From a virus: DNA of 64,000 nucleotides. How positions within the stretch are numbered: the stretch's first letter is position 1; each line of letters begins with the position of its first letter. Below the pieces are notes generated by a model that had not been told where the DNA came from, did not search any database, and worked only from the letters and a program-made list of their open reading frames with translations. Positions 46,619 to 55,173 of this stretch are shown here, one piece after another. A program made the position numbers and the translations under genes. The DNA lies in the IMG/VR virus record IMGVR_UViG_3300049027_000047, positions 4,559 to 68,558 of that record; one strand, given 5' to 3'.

Positions 46619-47038
46619 GTGAGATTTTTTTTCAACCGTGATACCGGACTCCTGAGATACCGTGGGATCAGTCCTCCGGTCATGGTCGCTGGCAACACCG
46701 CCAGAGGAATCACTGTCACCATCTCTGATGACGGCTCCCCCGTGTTCCTGACAGGAGACTTCACCATTACCTGCTCGGTGAGGAATCCATCAATCTACAG
46801 TGAAGCACCTCTGGCGAACACCGATGAGTTCTCTTACGTTCCAGGAACAGCAGGAGATTATGAGGGTGTAATCGACCTATCAGGACAGGATTTGGACGAG
46901 TTCATGGCACAATCCGCCCAGAAGGATGTGGTTCTCCAATTCACCTTGGAGCACCCGACAGGGGATACAGTCAGTTCCATTGCGGTCCCTGCCATCATGC
47001 AGAACTACACAGCTAATCCAGAGTTCAATGGTTCCTGA
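46619..47038 (+). CDS. putative virion/baseplate-like protein
   Basis: beta-rich 139 aa; divergent from terL. Confidence 0.45.
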   Translation: MRFFFNRDTGLLRYRGISPPVMVAGNTARGITVTISDDGSPVFLTGDFTITCSVRNPSIYSEAPLANTDEFSYVPGTAGDYEGVIDLSGQDLDEFMAQSAQKDVVLQFTLEHPTGDTVSSIAVPAIMQNYTANPEFNGS

Positions 47039-47060
47039 TGCGCCACCGGGAAATCGCGCC

Positions 47061-47089
47061 TTGACCTTTTCTGGTAGCATTGCTATTCT
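47061..47089 (+). promoter_or_regulatory. lysis cassette promoter with TAGCATTGCTA operator (47075-47085)
   Basis: TTGACC-17-TATTCT. Confidence 0.7.
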
Positions 47090-47097
47090 TCCAGAAA

Positions 47098-47244
47098 ATG
47101 AGTAAACTAATCCTCCTGCTGCTGGTCATTCCCACGTTGGGATTGAGTTCGTGCTCCCTCCTGCAAGCTCCTCCCGCTTCTGTTGGATTCCAGCAGTCAC
47201 AGCAGGCAATGGCCTCCAAGATGTTCGGGGAGGTGGGGAAGTGA
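47098..47244 (+). CDS. small lipoprotein (48 aa, not in ORF track)
   Basis: MSKLILLLLVIPTLGLSSC lipobox. Confidence 0.6.
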   Translation: MSKLILLLLVIPTLGLSSCSLLQAPPASVGFQQSQQAMASKMFGEVGK

Positions 47245-47648
47245 AATCGTTGCTCTTGCTGCCGTTTCTGATGGCCTCCTGTGCGTTTGGACCAGGAGTG
47301 TACTATGGCAAGAGTGGATCGGTGTACGCTCACACTGGAGGGGCGTTTCTGGCGGCCCGCAAAGAGGTGATTGCTGAGGTGGAGACCAAGGCTGGGGACA
47401 AGATTAAATACATGGCCAAGGGTGAAGAGGCTGACGATGTGGCATTGGCTGCTGCCGCTGCCTACGGGATGGTCGGGATGGCCAAGGAGGCTACAGCCAC
47501 CGCAGTTGCCAAAGAAAAGACCACTCAGCACGCAGCTACGCAGGCTACAGCGCAGCACGCCGCGACAACTAATGCCAAAACGGCTGTCACCACTGAAGCT
47601 ATCAAAGCTGGCGCTCCTGTAACCGTGGCTCCCATCACCCCTCCCTGA
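47241..47648 (+). CDS. lipoprotein, spanin candidate
   Basis: GTG start, MKSLLLLPFLMASC lipobox, Ala/Thr-rich helix. Confidence 0.55.
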   Translation: MKSLLLLPFLMASCAFGPGVYYGKSGSVYAHTGGAFLAARKEVIAEVETKAGDKIKYMAKGEEADDVALAAAAAYGMVGMAKEATATAVAKEKTTQHAATQATAQHAATTNAKTAVTTEAIKAGAPVTVAPITPP

Positions 47649-47806
47649 TGCCCAAGTGGTCCATCTTTCTGAAGTCCGAGAAAACAAAGCCATCCGAAAA
47701 ACGGGGGTTTGCGGTTGGACCGATGGTCACTTTCGAGTGGGAGAAGACAATGGATTGGTTGAAATCCAAAGCAAAGGCGATTACGGATGCTATCCAAAGG
47801 AAATAA
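47648..47806 (+). CDS. small hypothetical protein
   Basis: TGATG-coupled, MPKWSIFLKS... Confidence 0.4.
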   Translation: MPKWSIFLKSEKTKPSEKRGFAVGPMVTFEWEKTMDWLKSKAKAITDAIQRK

Positions 47807-47820
47807 AGAATTCTCCTGCC

Positions 47821-48273
47821 ATGACTCGATTCCTTTGGATGGCACCATTCCATGACCACATGAAATCCATCACACTGGCAACAGGGGCTGCGGGGATCTG
47901 GGTTGCCCAGACTGTGAATGACGCTTTCAACCATGCCAAAGATCTCGGGTCTTGGGGCACTACTTCCATTCTGGCATTGATCTGTCTGGTGCTGGCATGG
48001 TGGGTGTACAAGCTGGAGAACGAGAAGAAGGCCGAGCAGGAGAAGCGGGAGAGGAAAGAGGAACAGCGGGAGCTGAAAGAGGAGGAGAAAGACCTCAAGA
48101 TCCTGGCGGTGATTGACCGCAACTCTGATGCCATGGAGAACATGGAGAGACAGTCAGCCGAGCAGACCCGTCACTTTGAGGGGATTGCCAAGAAACTCAT
48201 GGAGAGGGGCATGGATGCCCCGCAAATCCCCCATGCGAGGAAAGACTCTCCCCCCAAGCGTTCCAACCCATGA
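47821..48273 (+). CDS. membrane protein with coiled coil (holin or i-spanin candidate)
   Basis: transmembrane ILALICLVLAWWVY then charged coiled coil. Confidence 0.55.
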   Translation: MTRFLWMAPFHDHMKSITLATGAAGIWVAQTVNDAFNHAKDLGSWGTTSILALICLVLAWWVYKLENEKKAEQEKRERKEEQRELKEEEKDLKILAVIDRNSDAMENMERQSAEQTRHFEGIAKKLMERGMDAPQIPHARKDSPPKRSNP

Positions 48274-48650
48274 AGGATGCTCAAGAGTCCCTGCGTAAGC
48301 ACAGAGCGGCAAGGATGGCCAAGTCGGAGCACATCCAGCCTGTCCTAGTCTCTGCTGGACCTCCATCTAAGATTGGGGTATTGGGAAAGATCAAGCTGGC
48401 CTCTCAGGCCCTCAAAACATACAACACTGCCAAATACAACAACTTCGCCATGAACTCCAAATCTCTCAAGACCACTCTGTTTGGGTCCGGTGGATTCATC
48501 GTCCTTGCCGCCAATGTAGCCTCCATGCTGCTGGATGGTGACCCGCACACCAACCCTGACTGGTCGGTGATCATCCCGCTGGCCATTTCCAACCTTGGCC
48601 TGTTGTTCGCCAAGGATTTCAACGCCACCCATACCACTGGGTCCAAGTAA
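48270..48650 (+). CDS. holin
   Basis: KTTLFG...two transmembrane segments...LGLLFAKD; directly upstream of endolysin. Confidence 0.65.
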   Translation: MKDAQESLRKHRAARMAKSEHIQPVLVSAGPPSKIGVLGKIKLASQALKTYNTAKYNNFAMNSKSLKTTLFGSGGFIVLAANVASMLLDGDPHTNPDWSVIIPLAISNLGLLFAKDFNATHTTGSK

Positions 48651-48779
48651 GAGTTTGACGTGCGCTGAGTGTCGCACGCAGAGCATAAGGCATGAGAGTG
48701 CTGCCAAGGTCTCATAGCACCTTCTACTAGTGTGCCGTCACCCCACACGAGGCGATCCATGCCGGGTGACACTTAACTT

Positions 48780-48793
48780 TCTGTCGCAACAGA
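48780..48793. repeat. dispersed palindrome copy 13 TCTGTCGCAACAGA
   Basis: 3 nt upstream of endolysin ATG. Confidence 0.9.
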
Positions 48794-48796
48794 TTT

Positions 48797-49405
48797 ATGA
48801 CTACCGAAGAGATCAAAGACATCCAGCGCAAGATTGGTGTCATTCCAGATGGAGAGTGGGGTAAAATCAGCAACACTGCCTGCCAGAAGTATCTGAAGGA
48901 TCTGATGGTCAAGTCTGGGCGATCCTTCCCCAAGCCGAAGACAGCGTCTTTCAATGAGTTCTGGGGGCCTCATGGAGTGGCTGGCGGATACACTCCCCCG
49001 ATGAGGAAGATTACCCTGCCATTCACTCTCTACCTGTACGGAGACAGGAATCAGCCTGTTCATTCTCTTCGTCCGCACGAGAAGGCGGCGGATGCGTTTC
49101 TGGAAGCGTTTGAGCACCTTGAGGCGCAATATCCTACTGAGGAGGCCCGCAACAAGGCTGGAATCACCATCTACGACGGTCTCTACAACCCACGGTTGAT
49201 GCGTGGCAGTTCCACTACTTGGTCAATGCACTCTTGGGCGATTGCCCTGGATCTAAACGCTGGCCCTAATGGTCTCCACGCTCACTGGCCCCGTAAGGCG
49301 GTGATGCCATTTGAGGTTTACGAGTGCTTTGCAAAAGCTGGAATCTCCAGTCTAGGGTGGTCCCAGAACCGGGACGCGATGCACGCAGAGGCAGTGGGCA
49401 TTTAG
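48797..49405 (+). CDS. endolysin, M15-family peptidase
   Basis: YNPRLMRG, SMHSWAIALDLN, DAMHAE; N-terminal IQRKIGVIPDGEWG peptidoglycan-binding-like. Confidence 0.85.
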   Translation: MTTEEIKDIQRKIGVIPDGEWGKISNTACQKYLKDLMVKSGRSFPKPKTASFNEFWGPHGVAGGYTPPMRKITLPFTLYLYGDRNQPVHSLRPHEKAADAFLEAFEHLEAQYPTEEARNKAGITIYDGLYNPRLMRGSSTTWSMHSWAIALDLNAGPNGLHAHWPRKAVMPFEVYECFAKAGISSLGWSQNRDAMHAEAVGI

Positions 49406-49710
49406 GGGACGTTCTTCTCCAGTTCCAGTAGCCTCAATTCCAGCACAGCAAGGCAATTCCAGGCCATATGGGCCTCATGCCAGAGCGAGGAGTCTTTGTC
49501 CTTATCCTCTACGGCGTGCTTGAGTAGATGCCTCTGGAGGGCATCCCTGTAGCGTTGTAGGCCGTTTGGGACATCTTTCCATGATCCCTCCTCATGAAGG
49601 GTCAGGCCGTACATTCCGACTTCTGCAACAGCCTGTATGGCCCTTGGAAACCCATGTAGGATGAGCGATGGGCGGACCTTTCCTTGATCGAACTTGGCTC
49701 CTCCCTGCAT
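49402..49710 (-). CDS. dATP/dGTP diphosphohydrolase-like (DUF5664) protein
   Basis: GAKFDQGK, VAEVGMYG, YRDALQRH, HEAHMAWN. Confidence 0.75.
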   Translation of the reverse strand: MQGGAKFDQGKVRPSLILHGFPRAIQAVAEVGMYGLTLHEEGSWKDVPNGLQRYRDALQRHLLKHAVEDKDKDSSLWHEAHMAWNCLAVLELRLLELEKNVP

Positions 49711-49711
49711 G

Positions 49712-49936
49712 TCAGGCTTTCTTCTTCTTGGCTGCTTTGCGACGCTTCTTCCACCCATTACTGAGGGCTTCAGAGAACTTCTCCTTGGCCTCTGGAGAGT
49801 GAGCCTTGGGGGCTGCCCACCGCTGCTTTCCACCCTTGGATCTCATCTCTCTGAGGTACTCGTCAATCACAAGCTTCTTCTCATCCTCAGAGAGGGGTTT
49901 CTGGCATGGTTGGTGAAGAATGACCTTCTCGCTCAT
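49712..49936 (-). CDS. small basic putative DNA-binding protein
   Basis: YLREMRSKGGKQR...SPE; Lys-rich tail. Confidence 0.55.
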   Translation of the reverse strand: MSEKVILHQPCQKPLSEDEKKLVIDEYLREMRSKGGKQRWAAPKAHSPEAKEKFSEALSNGWKKRRKAAKKKKA

Positions 49937-49942
49937 GGGGTT

Positions 49943-49970
49943 ATAGTAGCAAAGCTATGAGGAGTGTCAA
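49943..49970 (-). promoter_or_regulatory. promoter with TAGCWWWGCTA operator (49947-49957)
   Basis: TTGACA-16-TACTAT. Confidence 0.75.
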
Positions 49971-50629
49971 CTGACTGCTTCTTTCTCGCAGGGTTGCCAT
50001 GTCTTTCCGTAATCAGCAGAGAATCGGTATTCATCTTGTAAACCTTGGAAGGATATTCTCTTGAATTCTTGGTCTCTGATGGAGCAGCAAACGATCTCAT
50101 CCGGTTGGCATGCAACAACGGTGAAGAACCAACCAGGATTCTCGCATGTCTTGTGCTGAAACCGCATATTTTCCCGAAGATCCTCCGGTCCAAGCGGCAC
50201 CATCACCTTCTTCTTCGGAGGCTCTGGGAATGGGGTTGAAATAGGGACGCGGTAAGATATGTGGGAAGCACACGCCATCCATCCTATTCCGTTGTTATTG
50301 TTCCACTCGCTACCGTTCCACGCTTCTACAAGATCATTAGATGCGCCAAGAGCACAATAACTACCTTTGATGAACTCTCCATTCACAACCAGTCGGTGAT
50401 CTGGCCCAACCTGCTCAGGCGTCAGGTTGTCTGGATTATGGTAGCATAAACCGTCTGGCAGCGGCGGGAACTCCAGAGGTTTGATGCGGAAGTGAAAATG
50501 GATGTTCTCGAAATTCGGGTCGGGGTTAACCAGCCAATCATTTGCTCCAATGAGGCGCTCCTCAATGTCCTTCTCTTCCACAAAGGCTTGGATGATTGGC
50601 AGCAGTTCTTTTGCACGTTCTCGGTTCAT
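49967..50629 (-). CDS. hypothetical phage protein
   Basis: REAKELLPIIQAF...FRIKP N-terminus, a common phage motif. Confidence 0.65.
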   Translation of the reverse strand: MNRERAKELLPIIQAFVEEKDIEERLIGANDWLVNPDPNFENIHFHFRIKPLEFPPLPDGLCYHNPDNLTPEQVGPDHRLVVNGEFIKGSYCALGASNDLVEAWNGSEWNNNNGIGWMACASHISYRVPISTPFPEPPKKKVMVPLGPEDLRENMRFQHKTCENPGWFFTVVACQPDEIVCCSIRDQEFKRISFQGLQDEYRFSADYGKTWQPCEKEAVS

Positions 50630-50795
50630 AGTTCAATTGTCTTTCTAGTTCTTGAATGAGAGGAATGCCAGAAGCAAGGCTGTCCCGAGGAATCCTCCAA
50701 GGAACATCACCATGATGAGGCAGCAGCCTCCTGTGCATCCATCCTGGGTGTCTTCTTCTGGTAGTGGGAGTCTGCGTGGCATGGGCATCAGAGAT

Positions 50796-50809
50796 TCTGT
50801 CGTGACAGA
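50796..50809. repeat. dispersed palindrome copy 14 TCTGTCGTGACAGA
   Basis: exact motif. Confidence 0.9.
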
Positions 50810-50922
50810 TTTGGTGGTGGGAGTGAGGCATTGCACCTTTTCGGGTTCATTAGAACGGACAGGGTACCATCTAGAATGCCTGCCCCAGCCTCTTTAGCTG
50901 TCTAAATCCCAACCATGAGCAT

Positions 50923-50950
50923 ATACTAGCTTAGCTACCATTCCTGTCAA
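50923..50950 (-). promoter_or_regulatory. promoter with operator (50927-50937)
   Basis: TTGACA-16-TAGTAT. Confidence 0.75.
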
Positions 50951-51165
50951 CTGACAATCTCATTCCAGAGTGGCCAGCCATTTCTCTGGGCAAGGCGTTC
51001 GATGGCATCCTCCTCTGTGGTGGCGAAGCAGAGCTGGGAGTTGAGCATCTTCTTGGATTCCTCGGCTGAGAACTGGGCTTCTTTGCCTGTGAAGGCCATC
51101 CATCTGCGTCCTACATCCAGACGGGTGCTTATATCGTGCTCTTGGAGCCATTGCTTCTTGGTCAT
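50947..51165 (-). CDS. hypothetical protein
   Basis: coupled ORF. Confidence 0.55.
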   Translation of the reverse strand: MTKKQWLQEHDISTRLDVGRRWMAFTGKEAQFSAEESKKMLNSQLCFATTEEDAIERLAQRNGWPLWNEIVS

Positions 51166-51410
51166 AGTTCGGAGGCGTGGAGTTGGAAGATGGTCTTGAT
51201 TCGGTCTTCGTCGATCTCCTCTTCGTTGATGGCGGATTCCAGGTCGGCAATCTCAGAGCCGGAGAGGAAGGAAAGCTCCAAGATCCTCTTGGCGAACTCA
51301 ATTCCTCCGTCAGTCAGGAAGGACTGGTATTCCCATGAGGATGCAAGATCAGGGTCTTCTCCCTCGATACAGGCTTCCTCACAGTGAAACATCGAGTCGT
51401 CCCAGTTCAT
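51162..51410 (-). CDS. acidic hypothetical protein
   Basis: coupled ORF, D/E-rich. Confidence 0.5.
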   Translation of the reverse strand: MNWDDSMFHCEEACIEGEDPDLASSWEYQSFLTDGGIEFAKRILELSFLSGSEIADLESAINEEEIDEDRIKTIFQLHASEL

Positions 51411-51730
51411 GATGCGGCCTCCTCGGTAAATGGAAGAGGAGGGGAGACGGCAAGGGCCAGCTTGAGCTTCTCAGATTGGGAAAGGTCCATGTACACCTTT
51501 CCTTTGACGATCTTGGGCGCATAGCCTTCCCGATTCCACTTGTCTGCGATCTCCTGAAGGATGGCCTCAGCCTGTGGGCCAAACAGGGAATGGACCCTCA
51601 ACCCCTCAAAATGGAGACGAGCCTCGAATCGTTTCTCGCCCCTCAGCGAGGAGGTTATGGGAATTTTCTTGTTCTGGACGGTGGTCTCTCTGCATGAGAC
51701 GGTCCACCTCTCTTTGGATTCTGATTTCAT
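51407..51730 (-). CDS. hypothetical protein
   Basis: first gene left of the divergent promoters. Confidence 0.55.
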   Translation of the reverse strand: MKSESKERWTVSCRETTVQNKKIPITSSLRGEKRFEARLHFEGLRVHSLFGPQAEAILQEIADKWNREGYAPKIVKGKVYMDLSQSEKLKLALAVSPPLPFTEEAAS

Positions 51731-51760
51731 ATTGCGCAATCATCCACACTCTCCAATCCT

Positions 51761-51814
51761 TGTCAATAATAGCTTAGCTATTTTTCTTGACGGGAATCGG
51801 CTTTTGATTACGCT
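51761..51814. promoter_or_regulatory. divergent promoters flanking operator AATAGCTTAGCTATT (51768-51782)
   Basis: leftward TTGACA (51761-51766) and rightward TTGACG-16-TACGCT. Confidence 0.7.
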
Positions 51815-51822
51815 TGTGGCCT

Positions 51823-52332
51823 ATGAAGTACACTACACTACCAGAAGGCCATCGTTGGCACCTGCCTGAAGGCGTCCCCACTCCAGAAGGTTGGAGGCAT
51901 TGTTTGGAAGCGGAAGTCCGTGAGGGTAAAAATTGGGCGCTGAAATGCGTCTCTTGCAGGATGTGGTTTAAAGAACAGGGAAAGTGGTCTGAGGACGAGG
52001 ATTATTTTGGAAACTCTACAGACGTGACCTACATCGTCCCAGACACGACTCCCTTCGATATCCCAGAAGGTTTTGATGAGGAGGGCGAGATCTCTCAGGA
52101 GGAAGCGTTCAGGCATATTCCTCCTCGTCCGGCTACCAGAATGGCCAAGGACATGACTCTGCGTGAGCATTACGCAGGGATGGCCATGCAGGGAATTCTA
52201 GCAAGTCCAACTCCGTGGACTGCTGATTGTGAGGCATCCACACCCATGACATCTTGGAAGGATGTCGCCTCTGGCTCTGCCCAGATGGCAGATGCCCTCA
52301 TTGCAGCCCTCAACCAGAAGGAGGAAGTATGA
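51823..52332 (+). CDS. phage protein with C-terminal MTLRxxYAxxAMQG domain
   Basis: MTLREHYAGMAMQG...MADALIAAL, a widespread phage motif. Confidence 0.65.
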   Translation: MKYTTLPEGHRWHLPEGVPTPEGWRHCLEAEVREGKNWALKCVSCRMWFKEQGKWSEDEDYFGNSTDVTYIVPDTTPFDIPEGFDEEGEISQEEAFRHIPPRPATRMAKDMTLREHYAGMAMQGILASPTPWTADCEASTPMTSWKDVASGSAQMADALIAALNQKEEV

Positions 52333-52559
52333 ATTATAGCGTAGGCCCTGTAACTCCACTAGGGATTCCTGTGGAACATGACCAGCTATGGAAAGAGGTT
52401 GACCCTAGGTTTCATCGAGTGGTTAAAGTCGTTGGGTGGGATCGAGATAACGGGAAAATTCAACTGGAATGCAACAACCGATACACCTACGCCACACTCT
52501 CGCGCTTCAATGGCAAGAGGGGTGGATACGAACCCTACAAGAAGGAGGAGACCAAGTGA
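52329..52559 (+). CDS. hypothetical protein
   Basis: coupled ORF. Confidence 0.5.
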   Translation: MNYSVGPVTPLGIPVEHDQLWKEVDPRFHRVVKVVGWDRDNGKIQLECNNRYTYATLSRFNGKRGGYEPYKKEETK

Positions 52560-53041
52560 GCAAACAATACTGGAGACTGCTGGAGCCGGGAGAGTGCGTT
52601 CAGCGAGGGGATGAGTATCATCTAAAAGGAGAAGGTCCTTGGGTATCGGTGGAAGTTAATGACATTGGCGATGTGATTGATCACGGGCACGTTCCATACC
52701 GTCGCCGCATCACCCTCCCTGAACCTCAAGGCTGGATCTCTGTGAAAGAAAGGATGCCGACGAAGGAGGATGGGAACAAACAGGGGAACGTGCTGTGGCG
52801 CATGTCTTTTAAAGACGGAGACCGTAGATTGCGTCAAGGTTTGTGGGACACGGAAATTGACCCGTGCCTCACCCACTGGGTCGCTATTCCTGATGAGCCA
52901 GAAGACGAGTCAAACCCTGATGAGGAGGCGTTCGAGAAGTTTTGGAAAAAAGCAGGCGGTATATCATGGGGAAGAATTGAAGCTCTATCCATCTTCCTCG
53001 CAGGCCGGAAATCTGTTGCAACAGAAGGAGGTCAGCCATGA
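52556..53041 (+). CDS. DUF551-like protein
   Basis: WISVKERMP...THWVAIP. Confidence 0.6.
   Translation: MSKQYWRLLEPGECVQRGDEYHLKGEGPWVSVEVNDIGDVIDHGHVPYRRRITLPEPQGWISVKERMPTKEDGNKQGNVLWRMSFKDGDRRLRQGLWDTEIDPCLTHWVAIPDEPEDESNPDEEAFEKFWKKAGGISWGRIEALSIFLAGRKSVATEGGQP
53012..53025. repeat. dispersed palindrome copy 15 TCTGTTGCAACAGA
   Basis: 3' end of CDS, 12 nt before the next ATG. Confidence 0.9.
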
Positions 53042-53358
53042 CTCCCTGCTACATCTGCGGACGGCCCTTTGAGATGAAGGGGAACCGGAAATACACCTGT
53101 AGCCGACACTGTTCCAGAGAGCGGAATCTGGCCATAGCACGGCAAAACAGGGTCTATACAGCCAATGAGTATGACAAGCTGGGGATGAGGGCTGTGGAGG
53201 CTGTAAAAGGGCTGGAACCTGTCTCCAGACGCAAGAGGTCCATCATCATGGGGAGTTTCCTTGGTGAGGTGATGACCTTGGAGGATGAGGTGGCCATGGT
53301 GTTCAGTGAAGCCTCCCTCCTGGGCAGAGGTGTTCCTTACAGGGAGGTGATGGTATGA
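53038..53358 (+). CDS. C4 zinc-finger protein
   Basis: CYICG...TCSRHC. Confidence 0.6.
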   Translation: MTPCYICGRPFEMKGNRKYTCSRHCSRERNLAIARQNRVYTANEYDKLGMRAVEAVKGLEPVSRRKRSIIMGSFLGEVMTLEDEVAMVFSEASLLGRGVPYREVMV

Positions 53359-53693
53359 ACGAAGAAGATTTCATTTTAGAGCTTGATGAGAAGCCAAAAG
53401 AATGGAGACAAGTGGTCCGGGTGACTACCCGTTACTGGAGCGACAGGAGGGGTATCTACATGCGAAAAAGCCTTCTCTTTATGAAGAGAAAATCTTTTGG
53501 ATACAATGTCCTCAAAGAGGACAGCTCAAACATGGGAGCAGATGAGGTGGTGCCTCGCATTCTCAACTTGAATGAGGTTGAGGACGGACTGTACGAGCTT
53601 TATGTCGTCAATGAGGTTAAGGACTGGGAGACTGGGTGCGTAGAGGAGTGGGATTACAAGCTTTTCCCATATACTGAGGAGGTGGCGTCGTGA
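53355..53693 (+). CDS. hypothetical protein
   Basis: coupled ORF; DWETG motif. Confidence 0.6.
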   Translation: MNEEDFILELDEKPKEWRQVVRVTTRYWSDRRGIYMRKSLLFMKRKSFGYNVLKEDSSNMGADEVVPRILNLNEVEDGLYELYVVNEVKDWETGCVEEWDYKLFPYTEEVAS

Positions 53694-53989
53694 ACTGCAC
53701 CATCTGCGGCAAGGAGTTCCCCGGTAAACGGGTGGATGCCAAAACCTGTTCACCCAAGTGCAGGGTGGAGCACAACCGACAACGTGCGTTCTACCACCAG
53801 TCACGGTACGCCAAGGGAGAGAGGCAGTGCGACATTCTTCCTCCTCCCACCCGTGCTCAGAGGGAGAGGATGATGGAGGGCCTCTACAGGCTTGTTCTAA
53901 CCCCTTCAGATGAGATAACCCTGTTGTTTGGACAGGCGCAGAACCTAGGGAGAGGGATGCGCTACAAGGGAACGGAGGTGAGGCTGTGA
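53690..53989 (+). CDS. C4 zinc-finger protein
   Basis: CTICG...TCSPKC. Confidence 0.6.
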   Translation: MNCTICGKEFPGKRVDAKTCSPKCRVEHNRQRAFYHQSRYAKGERQCDILPPPTRAQRERMMEGLYRLVLTPSDEITLLFGQAQNLGRGMRYKGTEVRL

Positions 53990-54750
53990 ATGATGTACAA
54001 CTTTGGATTGGTGATTGCCTAGAACTGATGGATTCCATCCCTGATGGATCGGTTGATATGGTCATGTGTGACCTGCCTTATGGGACAACCCAAAACAAGT
54101 GGGACTCCATCATCCCGCTGGAACCTTTGTGGGCCACGTACAAGAGGGTTTGCAAGCCTAACGCGGCAATCGTGCTCACCGCTGCCCAGCCGTTCACAAG
54201 TATTCTTACATGCAGCAATCTGAAGGGGTTCAGGTATGACTGGACTTGGGAGAAGACAACCCCATCAGGGCACTTGAATGCCAAAAAGATGCCAATGAGA
54301 GCACATGAAACCATCCTCGTGTTCGCTCATTCTACGCCTAGATACTTCCCTCAAAAAACCTCTGGTCATAAACGTAAGTCGGCTAAAGCAGACCGATCTA
54401 AAAACCAGCCCAAATGTTACGGGTCTCAGAAAGGTCTGACCGTCTACGACAGCACGGATCGTTATCCAAGATCCGTTATTAAAACCAGCACCGACAGACA
54501 GAGGAGTAAATTACACCCTACCCAGAAGCCTGTGACATTGATGGAGTACCTCGTGAAGACGTACACACTTTCTGGGGAGACAGTCTTGGACAACTGCATG
54601 GGTAGCGGGACAACCGGTGTGGCCTGTATGAACCTTGGCCGCAAGTTCATCGGAATTGAAAAGGACCCTGACTACTTCAAGGTCGCCTATGATAGAATCC
54701 ATGGAGTGATTGAGGCAAACCGTAGAGTCAAGGAGGAGACGCTTCTGTGA
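53986..54750 (+). CDS. DNA N4/N6 methyltransferase (beta class)
   Basis: GDCLELM, DLPYG, HPTQKP, VLDNCMGSGTT. Confidence 0.9.
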   Translation: MNDVQLWIGDCLELMDSIPDGSVDMVMCDLPYGTTQNKWDSIIPLEPLWATYKRVCKPNAAIVLTAAQPFTSILTCSNLKGFRYDWTWEKTTPSGHLNAKKMPMRAHETILVFAHSTPRYFPQKTSGHKRKSAKADRSKNQPKCYGSQKGLTVYDSTDRYPRSVIKTSTDRQRSKLHPTQKPVTLMEYLVKTYTLSGETVLDNCMGSGTTGVACMNLGRKFIGIEKDPDYFKVAYDRIHGVIEANRRVKEETLL

Positions 54751-54893
54751 GTCTAGGAATGATGAGGAAATGCTCGGTCTGTGGTCGTGAATACAGCCAG
54801 TGGGCACCGAGGCAGAAGACCTGCACCAAGAAGTGTTCCAGAGAGAGGGCTAAACGCTACGACAAGAAATACCGGGAGAAGAACAAATCATGA
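54747..54893 (+). CDS. C4 zinc-finger protein (48 aa, not in ORF track)
   Basis: KCSVCGREY...KTCTKKCSRER; GTGA-coupled. Confidence 0.5.
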   Translation: MSLGMMRKCSVCGREYSQWAPRQKTCTKKCSRERAKRYDKKYREKNKS

Positions 54894-54917
54894 AGACATC
54901 AGGGGTATAATTCCCTG

Positions 54918-54955
54918 TTGACAGCAATACTAGCTAAGCTACCATCACCCGTCAA
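54918..54955. promoter_or_regulatory. overlapping bidirectional promoters sharing operator TAGCTAAGCTA (54931-54941)
   Basis: rightward TTGACA-16-TACCAT; leftward TTGACG-17-TAGTAT. Confidence 0.65.
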
Positions 54956-55173
54956 CCAATATTCTCTTCCAGATCCAATCCTCCCCTCCTGATGTCCACC
55001 AATCTCTCAGAGACATCAAAGTGTTCTCCCAGCATAGCATCTGTCCATCCTTGGTTGTAGAGGTCCAGAAAGGGTTTCTCAGGCATGAGGAACCCAGCTG
55101 CAAACCAGTTGGCCTCGATGTCCAAGGAACGCCATGGCTCTCCAAACTCTCCTCTAGGGTAGATGTGGGTCAT
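54952..55173 (-). CDS. IrrE/ImmA C-terminal fragment
   Basis: EANWFAAGFLMP...HFDVS; no HExxH. Confidence 0.6.
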   Translation of the reverse strand: MTHIYPRGEFGEPWRSLDIEANWFAAGFLMPEKPFLDLYNQGWTDAMLGEHFDVSERLVDIRRGGLDLEENIG

